Part shown: positions 22,189 through 31,061 of the stretch, piece by piece | Layout of the letters: every line of letters begins with the position of its first letter | Position numbering within the stretch: the first letter of the stretch is position 1 | DNA from: a virus | DNA length: 64,000 nt | Reading direction: 5' to 3' (one strand) | Virus record (IMG/VR): IMGVR_UViG_3300028610_001024 | Coordinates: 1-64,000 of that record | Made by a program: the position numbers and the translations under genes | The notes under the pieces: model-generated | Seen by the model: only the letters and a program-made list of their open reading frames with translations | Told to the model about the DNA's origin: nothing | Databases searched by the model: none

Positions 22189-22647
22189 ATGCTAGTTACA
22201 AACTACGACAGCACCAAACTTGAAACCGTTCAAGCCTACTTTCCGAAGTCTCAACAGCCAAAGGCCTACACCTACATCCGTGACCATGAAATTGAGCACG
22301 AAGCTACCTATAGGAAGGCTTCCAAGACTCGCGGACGGGGTTCTAAGCTCTACCCTGTAGATACCCTCCAGGAGATCAAAACGACGCTCAACAAGGCCTC
22401 CCAGGAGGTTCTAACGGCTCTCCCAGACGGGTGTATGGACCTTGCTGGAATCTCGGAGCGATATGGTATAGAATCGCACCGTATCTCGGCAGGCTTCGCC
22501 CTTGTGGGGCTTGAACCGAGGACGACATACCGACGTGGTAAAGCTGGTCGTCCTGTAAATGCCTACAACTTAAAGGCTGTTGAGTACGTCATAAGTGGCT
22601 TACATGAGCTTCGACAGGGACTTGATAATTTTCATGAGGAGTGTTAG
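22189..22647 (+). CDS. Putative DNA-binding protein, paralogue of 19633-20106
   Basis: AAGGA SD before ATG 22189; aligned motifs with the paralogue. Confidence 0.6.
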   Translation: MLVTNYDSTKLETVQAYFPKSQQPKAYTYIRDHEIEHEATYRKASKTRGRGSKLYPVDTLQEIKTTLNKASQEVLTALPDGCMDLAGISERYGIESHRISAGFALVGLEPRTTYRRGKAGRPVNAYNLKAVEYVISGLHELRQGLDNFHEEC

Positions 22648-23396
22648 AGCATGGATCCACTAGAAAGACTTCAAATCCAAACAGAAATCACCATTCTCTT
22701 CATCGATGAGGGGCTTAATAGACAGATCACTCGGAAGATGAAGGCCCGACCGTGTGTAGGGGATGCCGTTGAATGGTTTTACATGCCGTCCCCAATTATT
22801 AAACAGGTTCTAATACCATCAGGGGAGAAGGAGAGCCAATTCACAAAGTACGACTTTGTTTGTATACTCTAACTCTCTTACAAGGAATGGATCATGGACC
22901 CAACCAAAACCCTAGCTGAGTTTCTACATACCTGTAAAGGTACGTTCAACTTATCTATCACCTACCCGACATACTGGAGACCATAATGTCCAACCTTCTA
23001 CCCACACTCGGAGTCTTCCCTTTAACCCCCACCCATGAGATACTTGACGGTGAACCTGTAGACGCAACCCAATTTGGCTGTAATCCCAGTGGGTCTTTAC
23101 ATGATTACACTGAGCATTCGACTGAGGTCTTAGCAGAGGAGGCACTATCTCAATATCGAATATATCAGGCAATTAACACTCTCATAGAGGCAAAACTGGG
23201 GTGATCACCCCAGAAGACCTCACCACTTACACCAACGATGAACTCACTCAACTTCAGCAACTCCTCAACCTTGAAACTGTCAAGCCCTGGCGTACAGTTA
23301 AGAGTCTACAAGCTGGACTAGAGAATGTACTACCGTACAAGGGTAAAAGTGAGCTTGATAATCTTGAACCGTCCGACCTATTAAAAGATGAGAAAT

Positions 23397-23762
23397 AAGT
23401 GTAGTCGATGATTGTCCGGTGCTTCGCCCTCTGAGAAAGTCGATGAGTGTGGTACAACAGGGATACATAGTGCAATCAACGGTCGATGGAGTAACCCACT
23501 TGTCTCGTAGGTGTTACTGGTTCCCCTCTAAATTGGAGGGTACATGGGTTCACGATAGCGTCTCACCTCGACAGACTGTATAACCTGGGAAATAAAGCCA
23601 ACCGACTTCTGCCGCGCTACGTGGGACCCAGAGAACGGCAACTGCAAGGCTGGACCGTGGCACCCTTGGCCACCGTTGATTCTGGAGACCAAAAAAGTAG
23701 CAGAAAATGAGTCGTCCTCAATAAAGGACATTATCGTCCCCTTACGGTGACACTTCTACACT
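23397..23762 (+). ncRNA. Large structured ncRNA (~360 nt) with RNase P RNA-like landmarks
   Basis: No credible + strand ORF; long-range helices 23474-83/23672-81, 23545-60/23615-30, 23397-407/23745-55; motifs GAGAAAGTC, AGTGCAA, TGCAAGGC, AGAAAATG, ACA..CTTA in RNase P order. Confidence 0.65.
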
Positions 23763-23856
23763 CTTGTATTTTTGACCGCTCAAAACCTTGCTATACCATA
23801 ATACTCTCTACACAGTCACACACTGAAACCTCCCCTGACTGTCTAAAATCACTCCT

Positions 23857-23872
23857 TGGCACAGCGTTTGCA
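23857..23872 (+). promoter_or_regulatory. Sigma-54 promoter upstream of the Zn-finger ORF and NYN gene
   Basis: TGGCACAGCGTTTGCA (GG-N10-GC) in intergenic DNA. Confidence 0.75.
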
Positions 23873-23928
23873 TGTACATTTTCTAGTGTGGACACTAAAC
23901 CAATAACTCACAATTAAAGGGCTTTTTT

Positions 23929-24081
23929 ATGACCAAAGAAACTTGCTACAATATGGGACATTGTGTTCCTTTGTGCGGCGTCCGTACAGTAAAGCTGACA
24001 GCTGATAAGAAAAAAACGACTTGCCCTAACTGTCTGAATCTACTACTTACTTATCCCAAGGAGCCTACTATCGAACCTTAA
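23929..24081 (+). CDS. 50-aa Cys-rich peptide (not in ORF track)
   Basis: MTKETCYNMGHCVPLCG...TTCPNCL. Confidence 0.5.
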   Translation: MTKETCYNMGHCVPLCGVRTVKLTADKKKTTCPNCLNLLLTYPKEPTIEP

Positions 24082-24150
24082 CCCCTTTACTATTAACCCC
24101 TCCCCCCCCCCTAATCTAACGCCTCTACTCTTAAAAGGATAACCCCTTCT

Positions 24151-25062
24151 ATGTCCAACTCCACCTCTATTTTCGTCGATACCAGTAACGCCTACCACAA
24201 TGGTGCAAATAATCTTCGTTATGATGAGCTACTCCGTTTTGCTCAACGTGATGGACGTAAGGTACAGCGCTATACAGCTTACTGCACCTATGACTCAGAT
24301 AAAGATGACGGATCGTCTGAAGGTAATCTTTATGCTGAGGGCCTGGAGAAGTTCTGGGCTAGTCTAAGCGGATTTGGATATAAAGTCCATAAGGAGTACG
24401 TTAAGTGGCAAGGAAACGGTGGTAGTCGTAGACCAAAAGCTAATGTAGATATTCGTATGACAGTTGACATGCTTACGCAAACAGCTTCCGACACCATTTT
24501 ACTTGTAACTGGGGACGGTGATTTTATCCCTTTAGTTGAAGCTCTACAGCTAAGAGGTATTCGAGTAGAAGTGATGAGCTTTCTCAATTCCTCTTCTGCT
24601 CTACAGGAATGTGCTGATTATCACATTAACGGAGCACTCCTCCCCGGGGTGATTCCTATTCAACAACCTGTCAATGCTGAAGTTGCAGATGAAGACTCTC
24701 ATAAACCTGTCTACTTCAACCACGGCGAACCTGGCTCAACTCTAACCGGACAAATATACTACTTTAAACAGGAGAATAATTTTGGATTTATCCGTTATTT
24801 ACCCCTGGGTGAGTATAGTAATCTTCACGTTACAAGTACTGAGGATCCTATAACGTCCTTCAAAACTGTTCATGTTCACGGTAGCAAGCTTTTACCTAGA
24901 GATAGATACCCCTCAAATACAGTCTGGAAATTTGACCTAAAGAGTAGTGAGGTTAAAAAAGGGCAACTCACAGCTGTAAATCTTCGACCTGCGTTGACAC
25001 CTAAAAATACTAAACCCCCTCATAACTCTACTCGTCCACAACAATCACCCGATAAAGGGTAA
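24151..25062 (+). CDS. NYN (LabA/DUF88, PIN-like) ribonuclease with C-terminal cold-shock-like domain
   Basis: IFVDTSN, KANVDIRMTVD, LVTGDGDFIP..LQLRGIRVEV, SSALQECAD; then GQIYYFKQENNFGFIR..VHVHGS (RNP1/RNP2-like). Confidence 0.88.
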   Translation: MSNSTSIFVDTSNAYHNGANNLRYDELLRFAQRDGRKVQRYTAYCTYDSDKDDGSSEGNLYAEGLEKFWASLSGFGYKVHKEYVKWQGNGGSRRPKANVDIRMTVDMLTQTASDTILLVTGDGDFIPLVEALQLRGIRVEVMSFLNSSSALQECADYHINGALLPGVIPIQQPVNAEVADEDSHKPVYFNHGEPGSTLTGQIYYFKQENNFGFIRYLPLGEYSNLHVTSTEDPITSFKTVHVHGSKLLPRDRYPSNTVWKFDLKSSEVKKGQLTAVNLRPALTPKNTKPPHNSTRPQQSPDKG

Positions 25063-25097
25063 ATCCGCTCGATAAGAGCAAACTTGGAGAACTTGAC

Positions 25098-25499
25098 ATG
25101 TCAAAGTCTGACCCTGAACCCACCGTCAAAGATGAAACTGTTACCACTACCCCCCAAGCTGAGCCTACCCGTGCAGCTAACGCGTTCCGTGCGAGTGACT
25201 CTAAGGACAACAGTGATGCAGGCGGTAAACTCTATCTTCCAATCGAGGTCTACCTTGATAGTCCTCAAGTGAATTCTCTCAGGAAAGCGGGGTTTACAAC
25301 TACGGGAGCTATGCGGGGGTATCTCACCGAGTGCTTCAGTGGTAGTGATGAAGCCGTCACTAAGAAAGTGGCTGAATTTCTTACCCCAAGAAACCTTCTC
25401 GCTTCAGCTATTGCATGGAAGAAGAAGTCCCTGAAGACCAGGAATGAAGCACTCGCGGCCGAGATGGCTAAGAACGAAGCAGAACTCGCTGACCTATAG
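25098..25499 (+). CDS. Hypothetical protein
   Basis: TGGAG SD; followed by a terminator. Confidence 0.65.
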   Translation: MSKSDPEPTVKDETVTTTPQAEPTRAANAFRASDSKDNSDAGGKLYLPIEVYLDSPQVNSLRKAGFTTTGAMRGYLTECFSGSDEAVTKKVAEFLTPRNLLASAIAWKKKSLKTRNEALAAEMAKNEAELADL

Positions 25500-25514
25500 G
25501 CTTCTTCTTCTAGT

Positions 25515-25540
25515 GGGGTCTCAATTGGGACCCTTTTTTT
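25515..25540 (+). terminator. Rho-independent terminator
   Basis: GGGTCTC-AATT-GGGACCC followed by T7. Confidence 0.8.
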
Positions 25541-25565
25541 CTAACTCTAACACTAAAGGTTTTCT

Positions 25566-26063
25566 ATGTCTAACCAACTTCCTGAGCCTAGCACATTAAT
25601 CCCCGCTACTGTAATGAATACCCCTTCGCCTAAAGATAGAGAGACTGTTAAACATAGACTGGCTATTCAGCTCCGACATACGGCGCGACTACAATTACCT
25701 GTAGACGAATATATAAAAGAAACATTTCCTGAACCGTCAGACGATGGCACTATTCACATACTCGATGGTGTATCAGATAGACACCTCCCTTTACTAATTG
25801 ATCTATTCTTTGAATTCTATCAGGATCTAGATAAAGAATTCGAGAGAACAGTACGTAAGGATAATTCCAACTTCGACAAATACTCCAGTATGCTGGATAG
25901 AAAATCAACCTCTAACCGTCCGGCTAAGCACACCGTCAAAAAAGCACTATCCCCTAAAGAAAAACTCCTAGCAAAGCAAGCGAAGCTACGAGAACAGCAG
26001 GCAGAACTTGAAATAGATGATGACGCAATTGAAAAAGAAATGAGAGCAAAGTTAGGTCTATGA
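25566..26063 (+). CDS. Hypothetical protein
   Basis: ORF track; AAGG SD. Confidence 0.6.
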   Translation: MSNQLPEPSTLIPATVMNTPSPKDRETVKHRLAIQLRHTARLQLPVDEYIKETFPEPSDDGTIHILDGVSDRHLPLLIDLFFEFYQDLDKEFERTVRKDNSNFDKYSSMLDRKSTSNRPAKHTVKKALSPKEKLLAKQAKLREQQAELEIDDDAIEKEMRAKLGL

Positions 26064-26118
26064 CCCTTCGGGGGATTGAATGGTAATTTTACTGTACAAA
26101 AGTAAAAAGGAAGAAGAA

Positions 26119-26571
26119 ATGAACAACCCATCAAGAATCGTATTTCTCAATACATCCATCGTCACAAGCCCTGGAGTTTGGATTTGACGGAAGTGCTCTG
26201 CTGAACACATTGTAAATTACTTAAGAGACTTTCCCAATAGACTCTCGGCGGTTGGACATGAAGCCACCGCGGCAGCTATGACAAAGCTATTTGGTGAGGA
26301 GGTCACCATAAATCGTGTCTTCTGGGAAGCTCGGAAAGGTGACATCGCCGTCGTCCTTAAGGTCAAGGTACTCAACGCCGAGGAGCTTGCTGAAATAGGG
26401 TACGAAGTTGGGTTACTTTCTTTCGCTCTGCCAATTGATTTTGGTGGGGCCGATGAGGAATATATGCCAGCTGCTCTTCGGTGGCTTGCGCGTCAGTTCA
26501 TCGTCGCACACTCCATGACATTTCTAGGCGGTACGGATTACCCCGGTGGTCCACTTAGACATGCTGAATGA
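26119..26571 (+). pseudogene. DUF1874/AcrIII-1 (YddF-like) ring-nuclease homologue interrupted by in-frame TGA at 26185-26187
   Basis: MNNPSRIVFLNTSIVTSPGVWI*RKCS..LSAVGHEATA..LFG..V.INR..GD..V..EEL.EIGYE; in frame with tracked ORF 26278. Confidence 0.75.
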
Positions 26572-26803
26572 GAAGTTAGGGATTCTGACAGAGGAGTCAA
26601 TTAAATTCCCAGGATGTGACGTCTAATTCTCATTATGTAACCAAAACCTTGAGCGCTACTGACTGGTTATCAGTATTCTAGCTCTTAGAGAGGAATACGC
26701 AAATGATGGAACCAATCGACTAGAGTATCACGCTGCCGCGGCAAATTGAGTGGCTATCTAATATAAACCTTTACCCCCTGTCCCTCTATATTTAACCCTT
26801 CTT

Positions 26804-27589
26804 ATGTCTCTTCATCTACTCTCCTCCCATAATCTCATTCCTGCCAAACCAGAGGATGAATTTAACCTTGCTGAGGAAATGCGGCATAGGAAGCACCAGT
26901 ACATCGCATCTGAAAAAATGAAAATGGTTTCTGTATACTGCCCAAAGTACCTCACAACCTTAACCACTCGATTAGCAAAAAAAATTGGCACCGATCACGA
27001 CATTAGAACCCCTGGCCTAAGTCCCATGATGAGTGCATCAATACTTCACGGTGTAACTCTTTTACACGAGCACCCTAGCATTACTCAACTGATAATTCTT
27101 CAACAGGATGTGGCTAGCAGTAATATCACAGACACCAGTCGAATTCAATCAATGAATCAGTGGAGAGATAGCTTCAGTGCTAATTTCTCAATATCAGACC
27201 CGTTATCGTCCGGCACTGAACAAAAAAATACCTACATCAATGATGCTACAAAGACTACTATCAATGAGTTAAACAGTGAGCTAGGTATCTCTATGTCACA
27301 CCTAATGACTTTTGCATGGATGTTGACAATGTTATCTCAATCTCAGGTAAGTGATGAATATAAACTAAACCTTCAAGTTAGTTTAGAGTCATTCTTTAAC
27401 CGTATAGATGGGCAATATCAGTATGGAAGTATCATACTCCAAGCGGTAAAGAGATCAGTAGGACCTCGAGCTATAGAAGAATTTTTAGCGGGGAAGACAA
27501 TTCGAGAGCTGACAATAATGTTTCAAAAGGAAAATTACACAAGGCAGAAACTAATCAGTTTAATTCATCGATTGGTAAATGAGGAGTAG
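26804..27589 (+). CDS. Hypothetical protein, possibly with two ribbon-helix-helix-like motifs
   Basis: VSVYCPKYLTTLTTRLAKK and KNTYINDATKTTINELNSELGISMSHLM. Confidence 0.45.
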   Translation: MSLHLLSSHNLIPAKPEDEFNLAEEMRHRKHQYIASEKMKMVSVYCPKYLTTLTTRLAKKIGTDHDIRTPGLSPMMSASILHGVTLLHEHPSITQLIILQQDVASSNITDTSRIQSMNQWRDSFSANFSISDPLSSGTEQKNTYINDATKTTINELNSELGISMSHLMTFAWMLTMLSQSQVSDEYKLNLQVSLESFFNRIDGQYQYGSIILQAVKRSVGPRAIEEFLAGKTIRELTIMFQKENYTRQKLISLIHRLVNEE

Positions 27590-28539
27590 AGTGATGATTG
27601 AAGTAGGCGGTAAATGGACAAAGATAAAGGATCATGATTGCAGTCGACCTAATGCAGAGGAAGCTATAAGGGTCTTACCTAGGGGAAGTGAGTGGACGTG
27701 TGAGTGTGGTAAACTCTATATGTTAATAACCAAACAAGGCAAGCCAGTGATGATTAGTATACCTCACTATGATCACGGTAAGGAATAATATGAGACCCAA
27801 ACCAGATAATCCTCACCCTGACTTCAAATTTGTACCCTTAACCCTAAGTGGCTCCTGCGGTATCAGTCCTTCAATCCCACAAGGTTCTATCAACTACCAA
27901 AAAAAGTACGCCCCTGTGTATGAAAAAGCAGCACAGGAAAAGCTACAAAATAGAGAACCTAATAGGTATAGCTACTGGCCAGCTGGACACTGTAATGGTT
28001 AAATACCTACTTTGCCTTCTCGTGGGGTACTTATTAAGTTCCCTTGTTCAATTTGTCAAATCTATGCGAAGCGGTTCAACAGATTTGCCTGAAAACTACG
28101 CAAAGGAAATAGATAATGACTAAGATAGAGCCCCAGATTAAAAGTATTACAATGGATACAAACCCTATTCATAAGGATTGGGAAGTAATAATTCGGTTTC
28201 AACTACCTAAACTCGATGGAGTAACTACTGACGAAGCTGCTGGAATTGTACGGGGGTGGATGGAGCAAGCTATGAGAGAAACAGAACTCCACTATTAGGT
28301 ACTTCGCTGTGTGATCTACCGGATAACTATGCAGAGGAGATTGATCAATGATAATTGTTAATCAAGTCGGACCAATATTCAAAGGTCCAATGTCTATACC
28401 CAAGATAGTAGCTAAAAGATTAGGGCTATCCCAGGGAGATAATATCTCAGACACTCAAGGGTTAGAAATATCCTATGCTTTACTCACACACTGTAAAGAG
28501 ATGATGAGACAAGGAATTAACTAACTTTTATGTTCAAGG

Positions 28540-29095
28540 GTTACTCCACTGTGTTAACACACTCATACAATTTCCCCTTCACTTTCTGCTCTACTTTGTA
28601 CTCCCTTGCATTATACTTCGCTCCCTCCCATAAGCACCTTAGGTGTATTTTATGCTACCGGATTGGTGTGCTCGAACCCTCTACACTAAACCACATTGTG
28701 GACCTGTATTCAAAAAACCCATCAACGTAGCATTTCCTCAACCCCTCCGCATCCTTTTCAACCCTTTAAACTAGTGTGCTTTTCCTTTTCCACACTAGGT
28801 GTATTCAAATCCCATGCTACCTACCGCATGGTAGCCCTCTCTATATTTTTTCTCTCCTGTAACTGCTGACAATCGACAAATACAGTTAAAATGAAAAATA
28901 CACTAAATCGTTTTAGAACTTCCGGATAATCGATATTATGTCAACGTGTATTTTTCGACTAGGGTGAACAGTCGACTTCCACACTAAGTCAGACTTCAAT
29001 AAACATAAGGCCTTTACGCTTTTTGAGTGTCCACACTAATTCAATCTGTATTTTTTACCTAGTGTGCCTAGTGTGTTAGCCTTAGACACTAGCAA
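28540..29095. repeat. Non-coding block with dense ACACTA/TAGTGT and TGTATT repeats (origin/centromere-like)
   Basis: ACACTA/TAGTGT at 28683, 28772, 28792, 28900, 28981, 29033, 29060, 29069, 29086; inverted CTAGTGTG/CACACTAG at 28771-28798. Confidence 0.7.
28919..28946 (+). other. dif-like XerC/XerD recombination site
   Basis: CTTCCGGATAA-TCGATA-TTATGTCAACG: 11-6-11 layout with ATAA-N6-TTATGT core. Confidence 0.75.
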
Positions 29096-29124
29096 GTGGC
29101 TGAAATATATTCTTATTCTTAAAG

Positions 29125-29141
29125 AGCACGAATCGTGCCAA
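29125..29141 (-). promoter_or_regulatory. Leftward sigma-54 consensus site
   Basis: Minus strand TTGGCACGATTCGTGCT (GG-N10-GC). Confidence 0.55.
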
Positions 29142-29189
29142 ATACGTACCCTAAGTGAAAAAAGTTCAACTTTTTTGGAGACCGCTCCC

Positions 29190-29825
29190 ATGAGTGATTC
29201 CCGACGCAGCCAACTCTCAACTCATACTGATTACCATCTACTCATAGCTAAAAACTCCCCTATAGACGTACCTACCCAACTTGACGAATTTCAATGCCTT
29301 ATCACTACAGGGTTATCCCCAAAAGATAGTTACTATAAATTAGCACAATCCTGGGCTCGACAGTATAAAGTCAACCAAGAAACTCAACAGAAAATAGATA
29401 ACCAGCCAAAACTAGCAGAGGATAGTTACGATCTAATTCTACCTACCTCCTGTAGCACTTGGCATGGACGTGGTGATAGTTGCATTGAACCTGCTACTCA
29501 ATACTTAGTAGACCCTAATGGCTATCTAATTCCTAACGGTCATGTCTGCTCAGGTCATGCTTACAGTATCCTATTAGAATACAAAGAAAAACTAGATGAA
29601 CATTGGACCTCTATCCCTATCTACTTTTCCCAGTATGGTCCTACTATCACCCTTGAGGCACACCAACACTTTATCCACCAATCTCTAACTAAGCCTATGG
29701 CCGATGAATTATTACTTATTCAAGGTTACATAAAGCTCAAAATGTCAGAACAAGTATTTAACTTTTCTAGATCATTGGCACGAGCTGGGATAGACTTACT
29801 AAATGGTGAACAGCAAAAGTGGTAG
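29190..29825 (+). CDS. Hypothetical protein
   Basis: TGGAG SD before ATG 29190. Confidence 0.6.
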   Translation: MSDSRRSQLSTHTDYHLLIAKNSPIDVPTQLDEFQCLITTGLSPKDSYYKLAQSWARQYKVNQETQQKIDNQPKLAEDSYDLILPTSCSTWHGRGDSCIEPATQYLVDPNGYLIPNGHVCSGHAYSILLEYKEKLDEHWTSIPIYFSQYGPTITLEAHQHFIHQSLTKPMADELLLIQGYIKLKMSEQVFNFSRSLARAGIDLLNGEQQKW

Positions 29826-30111
29826 ATTTACCTACTACTCTATCTAGATTCCCACACGGGCCTATACGCGCGCACGAGGGGATCATATCTACCTTCTACT
29901 CCCACCACACTCCACACATACCCCACAATGCGAGACTTTAACCCTAAGACGTGACCACCCCCTACAAGCCACGAGAACTGCCCTTTACCCCCACTCGTTC
30001 CTTACAGGTCCTCCTATGGCTCCACGTACGTTCTATCCTTACGCCTTACTTACGCCTTCCACCTTTTCTACCGTCGCATTACCGCCCCCTTGAAAAAAGT
30101 TGAGATAGTTC

Positions 30112-30140
30112 TTGACACCTGAATACAGGTATGGCAAGGT
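30112..30140 (+). promoter_or_regulatory. Sigma-70-type promoter
   Basis: TTGACA-17 bp-CAAGGT with TG extension and upstream A-tract. Confidence 0.5.
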
Positions 30141-30263
30141 CATACCCGTCAAGAGGTCTGACGGGTTGTCATCCTTTTGAGGGGTAGGTACTTTAAGGTT
30201 AAAAACGGACTCATGACTAGATAACGCGAATAAGTACCTACCTCTACATCAGGAATAAACTAC

Positions 30264-30458
30264 ATGGAACTTAGAACACAGGAAAAAAGAACTTTTCAGG
30301 CTGAATACACCGCTGGCAATTCTGCAACTGTAGATAGTATTCAATCCCGTAAGCAACTCCTCAGACTAGCCAGATCCAATCCCAATATCCTCCAGTCTAA
30401 CTCCTATCTCTCAAGTCTATCTAAAATTGACCTCCTAAACTTACTCAATGGAGTCTAA
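30264..30458 (+). CDS. Small hypothetical protein
   Basis: AGGA SD after structured leader. Confidence 0.55.
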   Translation: MELRTQEKRTFQAEYTAGNSATVDSIQSRKQLLRLARSNPNILQSNSYLSSLSKIDLLNLLNGV

Positions 30459-30463
30459 TAGAA

Positions 30464-30628
30464 ATGGAGTGCCTAACCCACCCTCAATTACTACTTCTAA
30501 CAACTCAAGACCGCAAAAAGTACGACCATTATGGGTTCCCTCGCAACCTCATCGCAATTACCAAGTCTCGTAAAACGAAACGCCGTAATAAAATCGTCCG
30601 TGTAAGTCGACGACGTAACCGAAAATAA
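30464..30628 (+). CDS. 54-aa Arg/Lys-rich peptide (not in ORF track)
   Basis: MECLTHPQLLLLTTQDRKKYDHYGFPRNLIAITKSRKTKRRNKIVRVSRRRNRK; GGAG upstream. Confidence 0.55.
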   Translation: MECLTHPQLLLLTTQDRKKYDHYGFPRNLIAITKSRKTKRRNKIVRVSRRRNRK

Positions 30629-31061
30629 CTCCACTGTCAGACCATAAAGCCTAGCTTAGCTAAAAAGCCGTGACTAGGTAGGTCTGATAGACTACGATTC
30701 ACTAGGTAATTGAGGGTGGAAAATCGTCAATGGAAAAGTGCATGGTTTGAACTGCAACCAATTGATGAAAAGGATTCATTCTACACTGAGTACTAATCAT
30801 GATCTACCAAATAGAAACCTCTCGTGGCGACCGTATCGACATCCCTATTGATATCTCTACAGTAGGTAAACCTCACCACTCTACTGAGACTACCCTAGTA
30901 GTTAATAACTCCCTAACCCAAGCTCTACTTTCCCCAAAACTAACCAATAAAATAATCACCCGAGCATGTCTACAATTCAACGATCATCTAATCCCTATAC
31001 TTTCAACTCAACTTGCTGATGATTTGGCTCGGGCTAAGTCGATACGAAGTAAATAATACTT

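Noticed and set aside
23460-23600. Group I intron core (CAGACTGTA / GATACATAGT)
   Set aside because: R- and S-like elements are in the wrong order and no interrupted exon pair is evident
28530-29189. ORF 28530-28730 and the N-terminal extension 29064-29189
   Set aside because: Lie within the repeat-rich regulatory block with no SD; ATG 29190 has an SD
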